A DNA stretch of 63,526 nucleotides, filler included, from Craspedostauros australis (taxonomy: Eukaryota), in NCBI GenBank assembly GCA_030167865.1. It is 9 parts of 9 records of this genome, joined end to end, with 100 filler letters (N's around TTAATTAATTAA, not from the genome) between each part and the next. Parts side by side here need not be neighbours in the genome. Positions count along the whole stretch, not along the records: positions 1 to 4,205 come from JALAGF010003300.1; positions 4,306 to 11,301 come from JALAGF010003301.1; 7 more parts are not named here. One strand, written 5' to 3'. Positions within the stretch are counted from its first letter, which is position 1; the number at the start of each line of letters is the position of its first letter. Both the position numbers and the translations under genes were made by a program. Positions 1 through 10,772 of the stretch are shown piece after piece. The notes beneath the pieces are model-generated. The model ran no database searches, had not been told where the DNA came from, and saw only the letters and a program-made list of their open reading frames with translations.

Positions 1-1
1 C

Positions 2-205
2 AACAGATACACCATCCCACTCGATGAGTTCAGCAATGCCTGGGACTTTGCCACCGGCAAGATCATCACCCCATGCTCTGCTGACCAAAGTGTCTGCCCA
101 ACCCCAGCTGTGCTGTCCAACATCCAGTTCATGGAAATCTGGGCCCAAGGAGTCGAGGGACCGTTCTCCACTGCTCTCTTCACCATCAAGGCAGTCGGTT
201 GCTAA
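2..205 (+). CDS. 3' end of CIA30-like (complex I intermediate-associated protein 30 fold) protein, 5' truncated
   Basis: Frame 2 is open from the window edge: NRYTIPLDEFSNAWDFATGKIITPC..VCPTPAVLSNIQFMEIWAQGVEGPFSTALFTIKAVGC*, with TAA at 203-205. The IP..FS..WD.ATG / IW.(E/Q)GV.G pattern resembles the C-terminus of algal CIA30-domain proteins. It is absent from the ORF track because it has no start codon. Confidence 0.55.
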   Translation, partial: NRYTIPLDEFSNAWDFATGKIITPCSADQSVCPTPAVLSNIQFMEIWAQGVEGPFSTALFTIKAVGC

Positions 206-800
206 ATTGACAGTCGTGGCCTCCGCCCTCTTCGAGTAGGGTTGTGGATATGGATCCGGGTGCGCGAATTCAAGCAGATCCTGCCAATGCCAACTGGATG
301 ATGATTGCAAACCTAGCACATCATCACGCAGAATCGGGTGTTGCCATGCGGACCCATGAACAGCTGCAGCAGCACCCGCACCATTCACATGTCCAAACTC
401 CTTGTCAATAGAAATGCAAAGACCGAATCTTTCGCCACGCAACTAGCGTAGAGTCGAATACACACATTGGTAGAGTGGAGTATCGAGGCTTGGCTGAAGC
501 AAACACACGCTCCTATTTTGTATAGCTATTTGATAAATCAACTTCGCTGATTGGAGGCACAAATTCAGTCAATTGCTCGGCACTTTTCGTAATTGAATTA
601 TTTCTGAGACTGAGGTTTGAATTTCAAATTGTGTTGATGTTTGGTGTGGCGGTTGTGGTGGTGGGAAACCCGTTCTGGGCTTCCTCCAAGGATCGGACAA
701 TCGAACAAGAGGATGGCACGATCAATTATACTACACGAGTACGAGTAGTAGTACGAGTATCCAATCTCGTTCATCCACCATCAAGGCTTTCTATAGTCGT

Positions 801-2057
801 ATGGCAAGAGGATCCACATCATCACATGACGAAGACGCTGCATCATACAATACATGCACAACAGCCGGAGCCATCCCGTCGCACAAGTCCAACATCTGCA
901 CGGCCACCATGGTTGAGACTGAAACGAGCCCGTCAGGTAGTGCATCGATTCCATCTTCGTGGAGTGCTGCCCATGCAGCCTGCTGCATGCAACGCATGTC
1001 CTTGACTGCGACATCCGGCGATGTGCTTGGCAGTCTTCCGGATGGGTCGGAGCTCTCTTGGAGCATCCCGCAGCGACACGATGTGATTACGCTTCCTGCC
1101 GTCAATGTATCCGGAGGTGGAGGGAAGGTTCCTGATGATGACGATGGCGATAACGATGGCAATGACGATGATCGTGCAAAGAGTGCCGATGACCAACGGC
1201 TATCCTCAGCCGCAGAAGCAGTTGCGGAGCAGATGAGAATTATCAAAGCGAAAGTGCGAGAGCAGACCGATCCATCGCTCAACACGCCGCCGCCCTCCAG
1301 CAAGTCCACGACATCCTCGTCGCTTTCCTCGGGTCTGTTCTCCGTCGTCACCACCTTGTTGAGCCCTGTGACGTTAACATACAGTGTTGGAAATCATTCC
1401 CGTCCAGGTAGTGATGGCAATGATGATGACCATGCTGATGACGACTACTGCAATCCACCACCTGAATGGAGGCAGGAGGATGATGATGCAGTTCGAGTTT
1501 ACATGGCATTTTGCACTCATTCAACGCCGATGCGATTGAAAGATGCTGCAGGCAACATCGTTGCCCTTACCATATCCACCCAGGCACCGGCCTCCGATGA
1601 AGATCTTTGGAAGGGACGTGGCTCCGCTGTCGAGCTCCTGCGACAAGAGAACGCGCTTGACGGAATCCTCTCCTCCGAGCAGGAACCATTCGACGCCGAG
1701 CTCCACTTGAGTGAATTCGTATCCGGTGCTCTCCAGCAGGCTGATGGCCTCCGTAGAGAACGGAGAGATGGCGTAGGTGTAGATGAGCACCTTGTTGGCA
1801 GTGCGTTTAGCGAGGAGATCGGCGGCAACCTGGTCCTCATCGACGCCGGCGATCTTTCCGAGCACGGAGGCTTGCAGCTTGGCCTCAACACCGAAGAGTG
1901 GCTTGGTGACGGTCATTGTGGTGCCCACCGTCTCGATGACTGGGTTCGGGGACGCCAGCGACGTGACGCTTGGGATGAGCGCCACGGCGAGGAGAGAAAT
2001 GAGCGTCCGCTTCATCTTGGAATATTGGTAGAGCGCTGGTTGGTTAGTCTTGGTTGA
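801..2057 (+). CDS. hypothetical low-complexity protein; 3' half is antisense to the glutaredoxin and may not be real
   Basis: 418-aa ORF with S/D-rich tracts in its first ~240 aa and no recognisable domain. Confidence 0.3.
   Translation: MARGSTSSHDEDAASYNTCTTAGAIPSHKSNICTATMVETETSPSGSASIPSSWSAAHAACCMQRMSLTATSGDVLGSLPDGSELSWSIPQRHDVITLPAVNVSGGGGKVPDDDDGDNDGNDDDRAKSADDQRLSSAAEAVAEQMRIIKAKVREQTDPSLNTPPPSSKSTTSSSLSSGLFSVVTTLLSPVTLTYSVGNHSRPGSDGNDDDHADDDYCNPPPEWRQEDDDAVRVYMAFCTHSTPMRLKDAAGNIVALTISTQAPASDEDLWKGRGSAVELLRQENALDGILSSEQEPFDAELHLSEFVSGALQQADGLRRERRDGVGVDEHLVGSAFSEEIGGNLVLIDAGDLSEHGGLQLGLNTEEWLGDGHCGAHRLDDWVRGRQRRDAWDERHGEERNERPLHLGILVERWLVSLG
1521..2015 (-). CDS. glutaredoxin-like protein with N-terminal signal/bipartite presequence; active site SPFS (no Cys)
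   Basis: Signal MKRTLISLLAVALIPSVTSL. VLIYTYAISPFSTEAISLL sits at the CxxC position, followed by the TSLPKIFIGG cis-Pro motif and LGG motif. A possible intron 1570-1462 (G|GTAAGG...CATTCAG) would give an alternative end GGGLQ* at 1445. Confidence 0.75.
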   Translation of the reverse strand: MKRTLISLLAVALIPSVTSLASPNPVIETVGTTMTVTKPLFGVEAKLQASVLGKIAGVDEDQVAADLLAKRTANKVLIYTYAISPFSTEAISLLESTGYEFTQVELGVEWFLLGGEDSVKRVLLSQELDSGATSLPKIFIGGRCLGGYGKGNDVACSIFQSHRR

Positions 2058-2635
2058 TTGCTGTCCTTGTTGATTTAATGGAGGCGGAAGCGAGAGTGCG
2101 CCGTCGTTGGTTCAGTTGCCATTTGCTGTTTGCAAATCACAAGGAGAGGACCCATCTCTCTCCATCATCCGCAACATCAGCGGAATAGTAACATCATTGT
2201 CGTTTTCTCGTCTCGTCTTTGATGCACGTGCACATACGCGAGGGTGCGCATGCGGGTGGTGATGAGTCTGTCGGTATCGTGAGTGTGATGTGTGTGATTT
2301 GATGCCGATGAGGGTTTTGTGGGAGTTGTGATGATGTTTGTTGCGCCAACTGTTGTTGTTGTTGTTGTTAGTGACGTCTGTCATCGTACGTGTGTGCGGC
2401 CAAAGATCTCTCCCTCCGCGTCCCTTCTTCCATCTTCGTCTCTGGCAATGACGGATCCAACCACCGCAACACAATACAAGCTGTCCACTCCACCACTATA
2501 ATCGACATCTTACCTACGACCTGCTCCACACACTCGTACCTACACACACTTGTGCGAGAACAGCATCAATCCAAACAGCATATCGTACCTGCAAGGAGAG
2601 CAGATAGATAGATCACGTCGGACGGACATCACAAA

Positions 2636-3582
2636 GTCGCCATCCTTGGCGCAACGGGCAATGTCGGAACCGAGCTCATCAGGATCCTTCGCAGTCACAA
2701 AGATGCAGGCAGGATAGCCAGCATCCGGATCGTCACCAATCGGCCCGATCATGAAGCTCTCGTTGCAGCTCAGAAGCCTGCAACAACACATGCAATGATA
2801 CACTAAAACCACACCCATCGATGGACATCACTGTCATCAAGGGCAACTACATCAACGATCGAGAGTCGGTCATGAAAGCGATGGAGGGATGCGATCGAAT
2901 CTTTGTGGCCCTGCCGCAATCTCTATCATCAGAGGGCATGATGATAGCTGGGCGCTTCTTGGCCGACTGCGCCAAACAAACACCGAGTGTGCGTTGCATC
3001 ATCCGCATCTCCAGCTACGGGATCGATGAGCATTCCTTCCACTGCGTCCAATCGCAAGGTCCTCTCGGCGACGCTCATGCTGCGATCGAGCAGTATTGTC
3101 GCGAGGAATGTCATCTGCACGTTGTCAGTGTCCGACCGACATCCTTCTTTTCCAATCTCCATTTCAACATGGACGAGATACGAAGCAACGGAACCATGTC
3201 CACGCCATTACGATGCGACGCCAGTGTCAACTGGGTTTCACCGATCGATATTGCCACCATCATTGCGAACTTCCTCACATCGCCAACGCTGGTCGCACTC
3301 GCACTTGCATCTGGAAGTGACGGACAGCTCACAGTGATCGATGTTCCGGGACCAAAGCACAATACGTTATCAGGACCTGAGACGGCGTCTCTGTTGACCC
3401 AACATCTTTCGAAGGACGATGTTGCGAATGATGCCGGCACTGACGCAGCTGCTGCCAATGCAATGCCGATCGAATACGTCGAAGTGTCAGTCCCAGACAG
3501 TCTCGACTACGCTGGTCTTTGGTCTTTCTTGCGTACTGGTGGGTTCGATGTCGATGTGGACGCATTTCAGCGACGGGGTTAA
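2636..3582 (+). pseudogene. NmrA-like / atypical SDR NAD(P)-binding protein with apparent frameshift
   Basis: The Rossmann motif KVAILGATGNVGTELIRIL starts at ~2636 in frame 2 and stops at 2804-2806. The rest (AMEGCDRIFV..IIRISS..H..IE..VRPTSFFSNL..VNWVSPIDIA) lies in frame 1, 2821-3582. No usable GT-AG intron lies between them. Confidence 0.6.
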
Positions 3583-3877
3583 ACTAGCGGCAAGGCACAC
3601 AGTCAATTCCGCGCAGGCAGCGAAGTGCTCTTGTCTGATTTCGTCGAGGATGCGTTCGGGATGACGAAGTCGAGCTTGATTTGACTCCGACGTGTGAAGC
3701 AAGCAATGGAGTATGTGGTAAGCATGTGGGAGGCAGGTAAGCGGGCGATCCGCTACTTGCATGATAGGACTGTGACGATGCGAACACGATGGAGACGGGT
3801 TTGAGGAAGATTTCATTCGCAGTCACATGCTTTCTGCCATTATCAGAAGCAGACACATGTCACCAGATGGCAGGAAC

Positions 3878-3932
3878 AACACAGCACAACACAGCACAGC
3901 ACAGCACAACGGAACACGACACGACATGACAC
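3878..3932. repeat. (CACAG/CACGA)n pentanucleotide microsatellite
   Basis: acagcacaacacagcacagcacagcacaac...acacgacacgacatgacac. Confidence 0.8.
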
Positions 3933-4205
3933 TCCTCATGGATCGTTGTGAGCCTCCAATCAAGTTTCGGGTTTTCATTGTACCACAGAGGTGCTCCAAA
4001 ATCTCAACGTGGAGGTACGCTGATGTGAACTGAACAAACCAAGCTTCTTCCATCACATCCATACGTCCTCATAACAAAGGAAAACAGTGACAACATCAAC
4101 AACATCAACACCAACATACTGACATCGTCATCGCCATTCCTTTGAATCCACACAGTCTCAACAGACGTCCCCGTTCCACACAAGCCAAGAACCAAAAGAT
4201 CAACC

Positions 4206-4305
4206 NNNNNNNNNNNNNNNNNNNNNNNNNNNNNNNNNNNNNNNNNNNNTTAATTAATTAANNNNNNNNNNNNNNNNNNNNNNNNNNNNNNNNNNNNNNN
4301 NNNNN
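4206..4305. other. artificial contig-join linker
   Basis: N44-TTAATTAATTAA-N44, a six-frame stop linker. Confidence 0.97.
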
Positions 4306-4486
4306 TTTATATTGTTTTCGTTTTTTGCTTTTTGTGTGGTTTTGTTGTTGTTGGTGTGGTTTGGTCGGTGTTGATATATCATTCATTCTTGATCTCTTGT
4401 TCATACCGCTGTTGCTTTGGTGCTGCCTTCAGCTGCTGTCTTATGTCTTCATTCGTTCCGATGCTGTGCCATATGGTGCTGCCTTG

Positions 4487-5242
4487 TTACTTTGCTTCTG
4501 CTGCCGAATTCTGTTTGCTTCCCTGCGGCAAGGGCTTCTTGTTGTCCTTCAATGCGGTAGGATGCCGGCGCGTGCTGCTGCGTGTTACCACAGTTACTTT
4601 TGCAGCGGCTGTTGGTGTGTTGGAAGTGGCTGCACCATTCTTGCTCTTGTTGCTGTTTCCACCATCATCCTTCCTGCTTGTGCTGGGAAGGACTTTTGCT
4701 GCTGGCTTCCTGTTGCTTCCAGATTGGGTGCTCTTCATGCTTCGGATACTCCTATTGCTTCTGCCACTTCTGTTGCTTCGCGATGTTGCACAGCTCCTTG
4801 CACTGGCAACGCTCATGTTGCCAGTGCTTGCGGTCCCATATCTTGCCTCCTTTCGTCCGTTGGCCTTATGATACCGGACGCTGACGGTGTCTGAGTGCAT
4901 TCTGTGCGCTGCATTGCGTATGGCATCGCGGCTGATTGCATTCCTGTTCTTCCTAGTCATGCTGCTCGTGCTGTGTCGACTGTGACTGGACTTTGCACTG
5001 GACACACTCAGATCATCACTGTAGGTGCGACGACTCCTGCTGGTCCGATGGCTGCGTTTGGAGCAGCGGCTGTATGCACTGCACACACTCTCCCGCGAGC
5101 CCTTCCTGCTGCAGTGCTTCGTTGATGCACTCCGGATTCTTCTGCATGAGCGGAACATTTCGTCATCGGCGCATGACGAGTGGATGCTTATCACATCCTC
5201 ACAGTTTGTGGCGTCCACCCTTTCATCATGGTTCTTGTTCAT
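4487..5242 (-). CDS. hypothetical Ser/Arg/Lys-rich basic low-complexity protein
   Basis: 251-aa ORF rich in S/R/K, co-oriented with the 5378-6931 gene, with no recognisable domain. Its 3' end may be spliced (AAA|GTAAC). Confidence 0.4.
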   Translation of the reverse strand: MNKNHDERVDATNCEDVISIHSSCADDEMFRSCRRIRSASTKHCSRKGSRESVCSAYSRCSKRSHRTSRSRRTYSDDLSVSSAKSSHSRHSTSSMTRKNRNAISRDAIRNAAHRMHSDTVSVRYHKANGRKEARYGTASTGNMSVASARSCATSRSNRSGRSNRSIRSMKSTQSGSNRKPAAKVLPSTSRKDDGGNSNKSKNGAATSNTPTAAAKVTVVTRSSTRRHPTALKDNKKPLPQGSKQNSAAEAK

Positions 5243-5377
5243 TGTTGCAGTTCATTGGCGTTTGTGGTTTGCATGTTGTTGTGTGTGATGTGTGTGTTGT
5301 GGCAGATAGAGCCAAATCAATGTGCAAAGAGGAGGATGGTGTGAGAACATGAGCAATGCATGCAACCAATATTCTGC

Positions 5378-6931
5378 TCAGTGTGTTCTTACCTTCTGAT
5401 GTTGCACACTGCGACGTCGAGGTGGCGGCATGCCCCCTGTAGAGTTATCCAAGGAGTCCTCATCTGCGGAGCTGCCTGACTCCATCAGATCAACAATGCT
5501 CTCACCCGTTCTGTTGTTGTGGGGGTGACGTGGGCTCCCCACAGAACCTCGAGGAAGGATTTGGCCCCCAGCTGGCCAGTTCCCAGCGCATGAGGAGTAA
5601 GTGGCTCGACTCATGGGTGCGGCTGGTACAGGGCGCATAGAATGCCCTTCAACCATGCGCACGAGGAGCAGTGGGGCAGGGACTTCACCTTTTCCATTAT
5701 TCAATGGGATGGTGGGGTTCACAAAAGTGCTTCCAAGCATGACGTTGTCGTTGGTGCCTTCAAGCCTTCCACTGACTTGGAATGGTAGGGTCTCCCGATG
5801 CACTCTCACAATCGTGAAATGGTGTGTTGAGACCATTGCCACCGCCGAACGGTATGCTGCACGTCGTTCGGTCTGCAACTCAAACCCGAATAGGCGCACT
5901 CCGTCCGAGGCACCATTTCGATGGTCGATCATGGCATTGTCTTGGGATATGGTTGATCGTAGGTTGGAGTTTGCGGTAATGTGCACCTCCAGACACGTAC
6001 CATCCTCCGACACCAGGCTTCGGATGTCCTCCTCAGAGGTTCCGGCTGGCAGCTCGAAATCAATCCCGAGCACTCGATGTCCAGCACTGTTCTCGTACTG
6101 GTGACGAATGGCCGGCAGCACAATGGAGGCGTTTTGCGCCACCCATTCCTTCACCGAAGGGAGAACCCTTGCTTGTTTTGGAATCATGAATTGACAGTTT
6201 CTGTCTGCTGCTGTTGCTGCTGCTACCGCCTCTGCCTCCGTTCTTGGTGGCGATGGGCTCCATCCCGTGGTTGGGAGAGCAGGCGGCTGGGATGAACTAG
6301 CAAGCGGAGTATTTCCGTGAGACATTCCCTGTGGCCAGGCATATGCCGATGGCGATAGCTGGCGCGGTGGTGCAGGCTGCAACAAAACACCAGGGAATGT
6401 TGGGGAGGGCGTCGCCGTGTTCACGGAATTGGCATCGTGTGGCGACGTTGTTGCTGCTGTTGGTCCCCCATGACCATGATTCGCGGAATCTGTGTTGTTC
6501 GATGATGCAGTGTTGAGGAACACAGATGGCGACATCGATGGATTCGCTCGCGAGGCAGGGGACACATGATGCCGATTTTCAACATACGTTGTGATATCGG
6601 GAGCAGCGAAAGGGTTGGTGCGGCCTGAAAGGAAGTGAGTGGACATTAGAGTGGCAATACAGAAGCAATGTTCTGATTCAAAATGGCGAGCAACACAGAC
6701 ATCATTGAGGACCAGTGTTGCGCATCATGACGTACCAAGCTCCATTGCGATCTGACGTTGAAGGTTGCGGTAGTTCCTTGCAAACTGCGCCTCAATGAAC
6801 ACGTGGAGAAAGCTGTTCTGTTCCCACACCACAGCTGGGGGGAGGGAAGATGGTATCTCACCGGAGATCAGCATCCCTCGCAGCTGTTGGACCTCTGGGG
6901 CATTGCGCGACCACACTTTCCTTGCCGACAT
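5378..6931 (-). CDS. spliced hypothetical protein: short helical N-domain + disordered P/S/T linker + HSP20/alpha-crystallin-like C-domain; candidate Harbinger accessory protein. join(6736..6931,5378..6624)
   Basis: Exon 1 encodes MSARKVWSRNAPEVQQLRGMLISGEIPSSLPPAVVWEQNSFLHVFIEAQFARNYRNLQRQIAMEL. The intron 6735-6625 has a G|GTACGT donor, CTAAT branch point and CTTCCTTTCAG acceptor, and restores the frame into ORF 5378..6646. The C-part contains IDFELPAG..DIRSLVSEDGTCLEV...RETLPFQV. Confidence 0.6.
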
Positions 6932-9585
6932 GGTCGTGCGTGGGTTGATTGTGCTGATACGATGGTGATTGCTGGTGTAGCTGCGCCTGGAACTGTGGTT
7001 GTGGTGGTAGTTCCAATTGGAGTGGTGCAAGGGTTGGAAGGTCTTGTTGTATGACCACGACAACATTCAAGCAGCTGTGATGTGACTTTGGAGTGATGCG
7101 ATCATCCTTCATGTCATGGTTTGCGTTGTTGTCAACGCGTTCATCAACGACGTCGGCATCGACCTCGTGGTCTCTGTCTGCTTCAACCTGTCTCCAACGT
7201 GATCGCCCACACGCTCATCAACCCGCACATCCGCGGGAAGAGCATCAGATCAGAAAGCTGCCGAGCGGTTCAACACGTCGTCGTTGCAGACAGAGAGGAG
7301 GGAAGATCGAACCAGCAACTACTTCTCAAGCGCCACGTCGTCAGCAGGTGCACATCAGGCCTGCCTGGTGCAAAAGGCAGACAATCGGGGCACATACGAA
7401 ATTCTCGATGTCAGATACGTACGTTCGTACGTATGGCATGATAGGTACAGAGAAAAAGGATCACAGAACAAGTGCAACACAACGGATGTAACAATAATGC
7501 CATGCTTTCTTCAATGTAGTCGTGCTTTGCATTTGGCGAAAACAACGCAAAAAGAGAATTACATTCGTCAGTTTGTCTACCTCCATGACTTATAGTCGTG
7601 CCCAATGTCAGGGACTAAGTCACTGACATCAAACTCTGGAACATGGTAGTCGCGTCTTCTCCCATTTGGGGCGGCATGCACGTTCGCATCTAGAAACAGG
7701 CAGTGCACTGCTTCGTTTCAATGACGTCGACGTTCCCAATGGTATCGTTACCTTCTATGTTGGTGATACCACCCACGATAGTGCAGCAAACGCAACACAC
7801 AGCCCACTATCTCCCTATCAAGTTCTCATGCGAAAACCTCCGTCGGTGACATCACTCGTCGCCAACAATGTGAAGACGTCATCTGCCTGCATCAAGCGAC
7901 TCCACGCGTCGACTCACCGCTGTCATGCCAACTACTCTGACTCTACATCGCAAGTGCGTCGCGGAGTCGATGTGGGGACACCTTCGCAGTAGGTGGCCAG
8001 CACCTGCGCACCGCATAAACGTCGCCAGCTGCATGCGCATGAGAGCACCCTTGGGGACTTTTGCGCAAGGAACGCAGGTTTGATGTCTTATTGTAGACTT
8101 GCCACAGGAGGCTAGTTCTTTACAATGCTTGTCATGGAGCTCTCCTCGTCGGTGTAGCTGTGTTGAAGTCATGAATTTAGGTTCCCTACATTCTTCTCTT
8201 GTACAGGTGCACACAACCCCATCGAAGCTGCCATGATTGGTGTCGCAACACGGCTACATAGTCAGAGCGCAAATTGCACAAAAACGACTATTGTATTCAC
8301 AAAATGCGCATTTTCCTGCGTTGGGGAGTGCGACATTGCGACAACGGCGCACAACCGATCGCACGCAGGCGCCTGAACTGTCCTTTGTTGTCATCATTCC
8401 ATCTGTGCGCCGTAGTGTGTCTGCATGGGCGTTGATGGGGTAGTGGGATGTCATCATTGAGGGTCTCCACTTCTGCATTGTGGGAGACACGCAGGCGCCA
8501 TGTAACATATGTGTCACGGTGAGACCGACGTGGCAACAGACAGACAGAGAGCGAGAGAGAGAGAGAGGGAGGGAGAACATGCAACGTCGCCATGCAAACC
8601 ATGTCAGTGTGACAAATAAGTGCGTGGTGTCCCTCCCTCTGGCGTTTCGGCAGTTGGTTGGTTGATTTCGCCGTTTGCTCCCTTCAAGACAGCACGACCT
8701 GTCCCAAAAGGCGTGTCGGTCTACGTATACCCGCGATTGCGGCACCATCTGTTCGTCTTTCGCTAAATTCTCAACAAACAAAGCACCACGTCGTTGCCTG
8801 ATGTGCGGTGCTGCATGCCACCAAGACACCCAGCGCCCTCCTTCATACAACTCCAATGAAGTGCCGGAATAGAATGCCGGAGGTACGGTGTTATTCGTGA
8901 ATGCTGCCACACCACGTGGCGGTAGTTGTGCAGAACATACCACAACATCAATATCTTTCGAACAGTCAAGGATGTCAACATTGACGTCCTTGAGATATGC
9001 CCCTCTAGTGTATGCACTGTTCCATGCAACCTGCAATGCCAAACTTCTGGTGGGTTGTGCTTGATGAGTGGGATGGTGGATGAAGTCGTATGCAGGCTCC
9101 CTGGGGTTATGCGGTTTTTGAAAAAGCATGACGTGTTGGTATGGCATAGACCAGGTCTTCTTCCTTCAACTCCACCAATGGAACAGGCTACTTCAACTCT
9201 GCACTTTGCTCTGTGCTGGTGTGCTACGTCGACCTCTCCGCAAGGAATAGTGTGTATTGAAATAGGCACATGGAAACCTGTTGTTATGCCAAGCCAAGCG
9301 GCCGTTACGTTCAAGCCTACCTTGAAGATGATCCAAACGATACGAAGAAGTATGAAACGCCAACCCAGAGAGATGTCAGTGCCACGATGCTGACGTCTGA
9401 CAGCATCGACAACGATTGTGTAGAGCGGAACTCAGCACGCAACCTCTCTGTGCATGAGGAACAGTAGATGGGGCTGTGGATCTCGGTCTCTGCGCAACTC
9501 GCATGGTGGATGTGCCACCGTGAATCCGTGCAATAGTGCTCACACAAGACAACGGCAATTTCTTCTTTTCGCTTCTGATGATTGC

Positions 9586-10772
9586 ATGGCAACCAACAGC
9601 GTCATGTGCTCGGTCGAATACAATCGCGCTCTTCCAAGAGGTTACTTCGCAGTCACAGGTTTTTCTATGATTGGGTATTGCTATGAGTTACACGATATCC
9701 CTCATGTCAGCAAAGCTGTCCAAGGTCGTTTCAACGCCGTATTTGGAACGACTGGGGAAGTCTTGCATCTGCTGTGGAATGACATGTGGATGCATGGAAT
9801 GATTCCACGAAGTATGCAACCAAAGCATTTCTTGTGGACAAGCGCTTTTCTCAAACAGTATTCATCGGCATCTATCCTTGCGAGCTTGGCGAAATGCAGC
9901 ACTAAGACATTTAGAGAGTGGGTGTGGAAGGTGCTCGAAACCATGGAGTATGCGAAGCCACTGGTGGTAGGTATAGTGTGTACAGCATGACGAGAGTGAA
10001 ACACGCAGCATGTGGCTCGTCCTTTCTTCGTTTTCTCACGTGTGGTCTCGTTCTGTCTCCGTTGCGCTATTCTCGCTCTTGTTGAGGCGTTCAATTTCAC
10101 CACGCGAAGTTGCACTGGGGAAACCGATTCCGCAACGCATCCCCACAAGCTGTTGCTCTGGTGACAGTGGATGGAACCGACATGCGTATCAAGGAACCAA
10201 AACCATTCAACAAAGGGTGGTACTCACACAAATTTAAGGGGTCAGGTGTTCGCTACGAAATCGCTGTTTCCATCTCCAGCGGTGAGATCGTGTGGGCAAA
10301 TGGCCCGTTCCCCTGCGGCATGTTCAACGACCTTCAGATCTTCCGTTTTGGCCTCAAACATCAACTTCGCGAAGGCGAAATGGTGGTGGCGGATGCTGGG
10401 TACAAGGCAGACAAACACGTCTGGGGACCAAGCTCGGTCACTGATGGTGTCTGCCGCGCACGCCACGAAACCATCAATCGCCGCATCAAACATTGGAGAT
10501 GCATGAAAGAGATTTGGACGCATGATCCAAACAAACACCACCTCGCATTCAACGCAGTTGCTTTGTTGACCCAGATTGAACTCTCGCATGGCTTTCCTGC
10601 ATTTGATGTCGAAAGTGCGCTCGCAAACTCGTTGCACAAACGCCGGAAGAAATTCTGGGCGAGTGTGGTGAAGAATCCGAAATCGCTCAGAGCCCAGACA
10701 TGGGTCCCGCATGCAGCACGGGTCGATCTCCTCGAAACAAAACACCAAAATGTCCCACCAAACAAAGCGTAA
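9586..10772 (+). mobile_element. PIF/Harbinger-superfamily (DDE_Tnp_4-like) transposase, join(9586..9966,10110..10772), ~347 aa
   Basis: Exon 1 is HTH-like (RFNAVFG..PKHFLW..FLKQYS..KTFREWVW). A phase-0 intron GTAGGT...GAAG (9967-10109) joins KPLV|LHWGNRF. Catalytic motifs: VDGTD, WYSHKF..SGVRYE, GPFPCG..NDL, VADAGY, RARHETIN. Confidence 0.88.

Noticed and set aside
500..630. AT-rich patch with palindrome TTTGAA-T-TTCAAA as a transposon end
   Set aside because: No partner terminus or TSD found; compatible with ordinary promoter/terminator sequence.
4250..4261. Recurrent palindrome TTAATTAATTAA as a biological repeat or piggyBac TTAA site
   Set aside because: Always centred in exactly 44+44 N, so it is a synthetic six-frame stop linker.
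8254..9393. ORFs 8254..9147(-), 8763..9314(-), 8926..9393(+) as a SET-domain or other cargo gene
   Set aside because: No SET (NHSC/ELxxDY) or other recognisable motif, and one frame runs through a (GA)n microsatellite; left unannotated.
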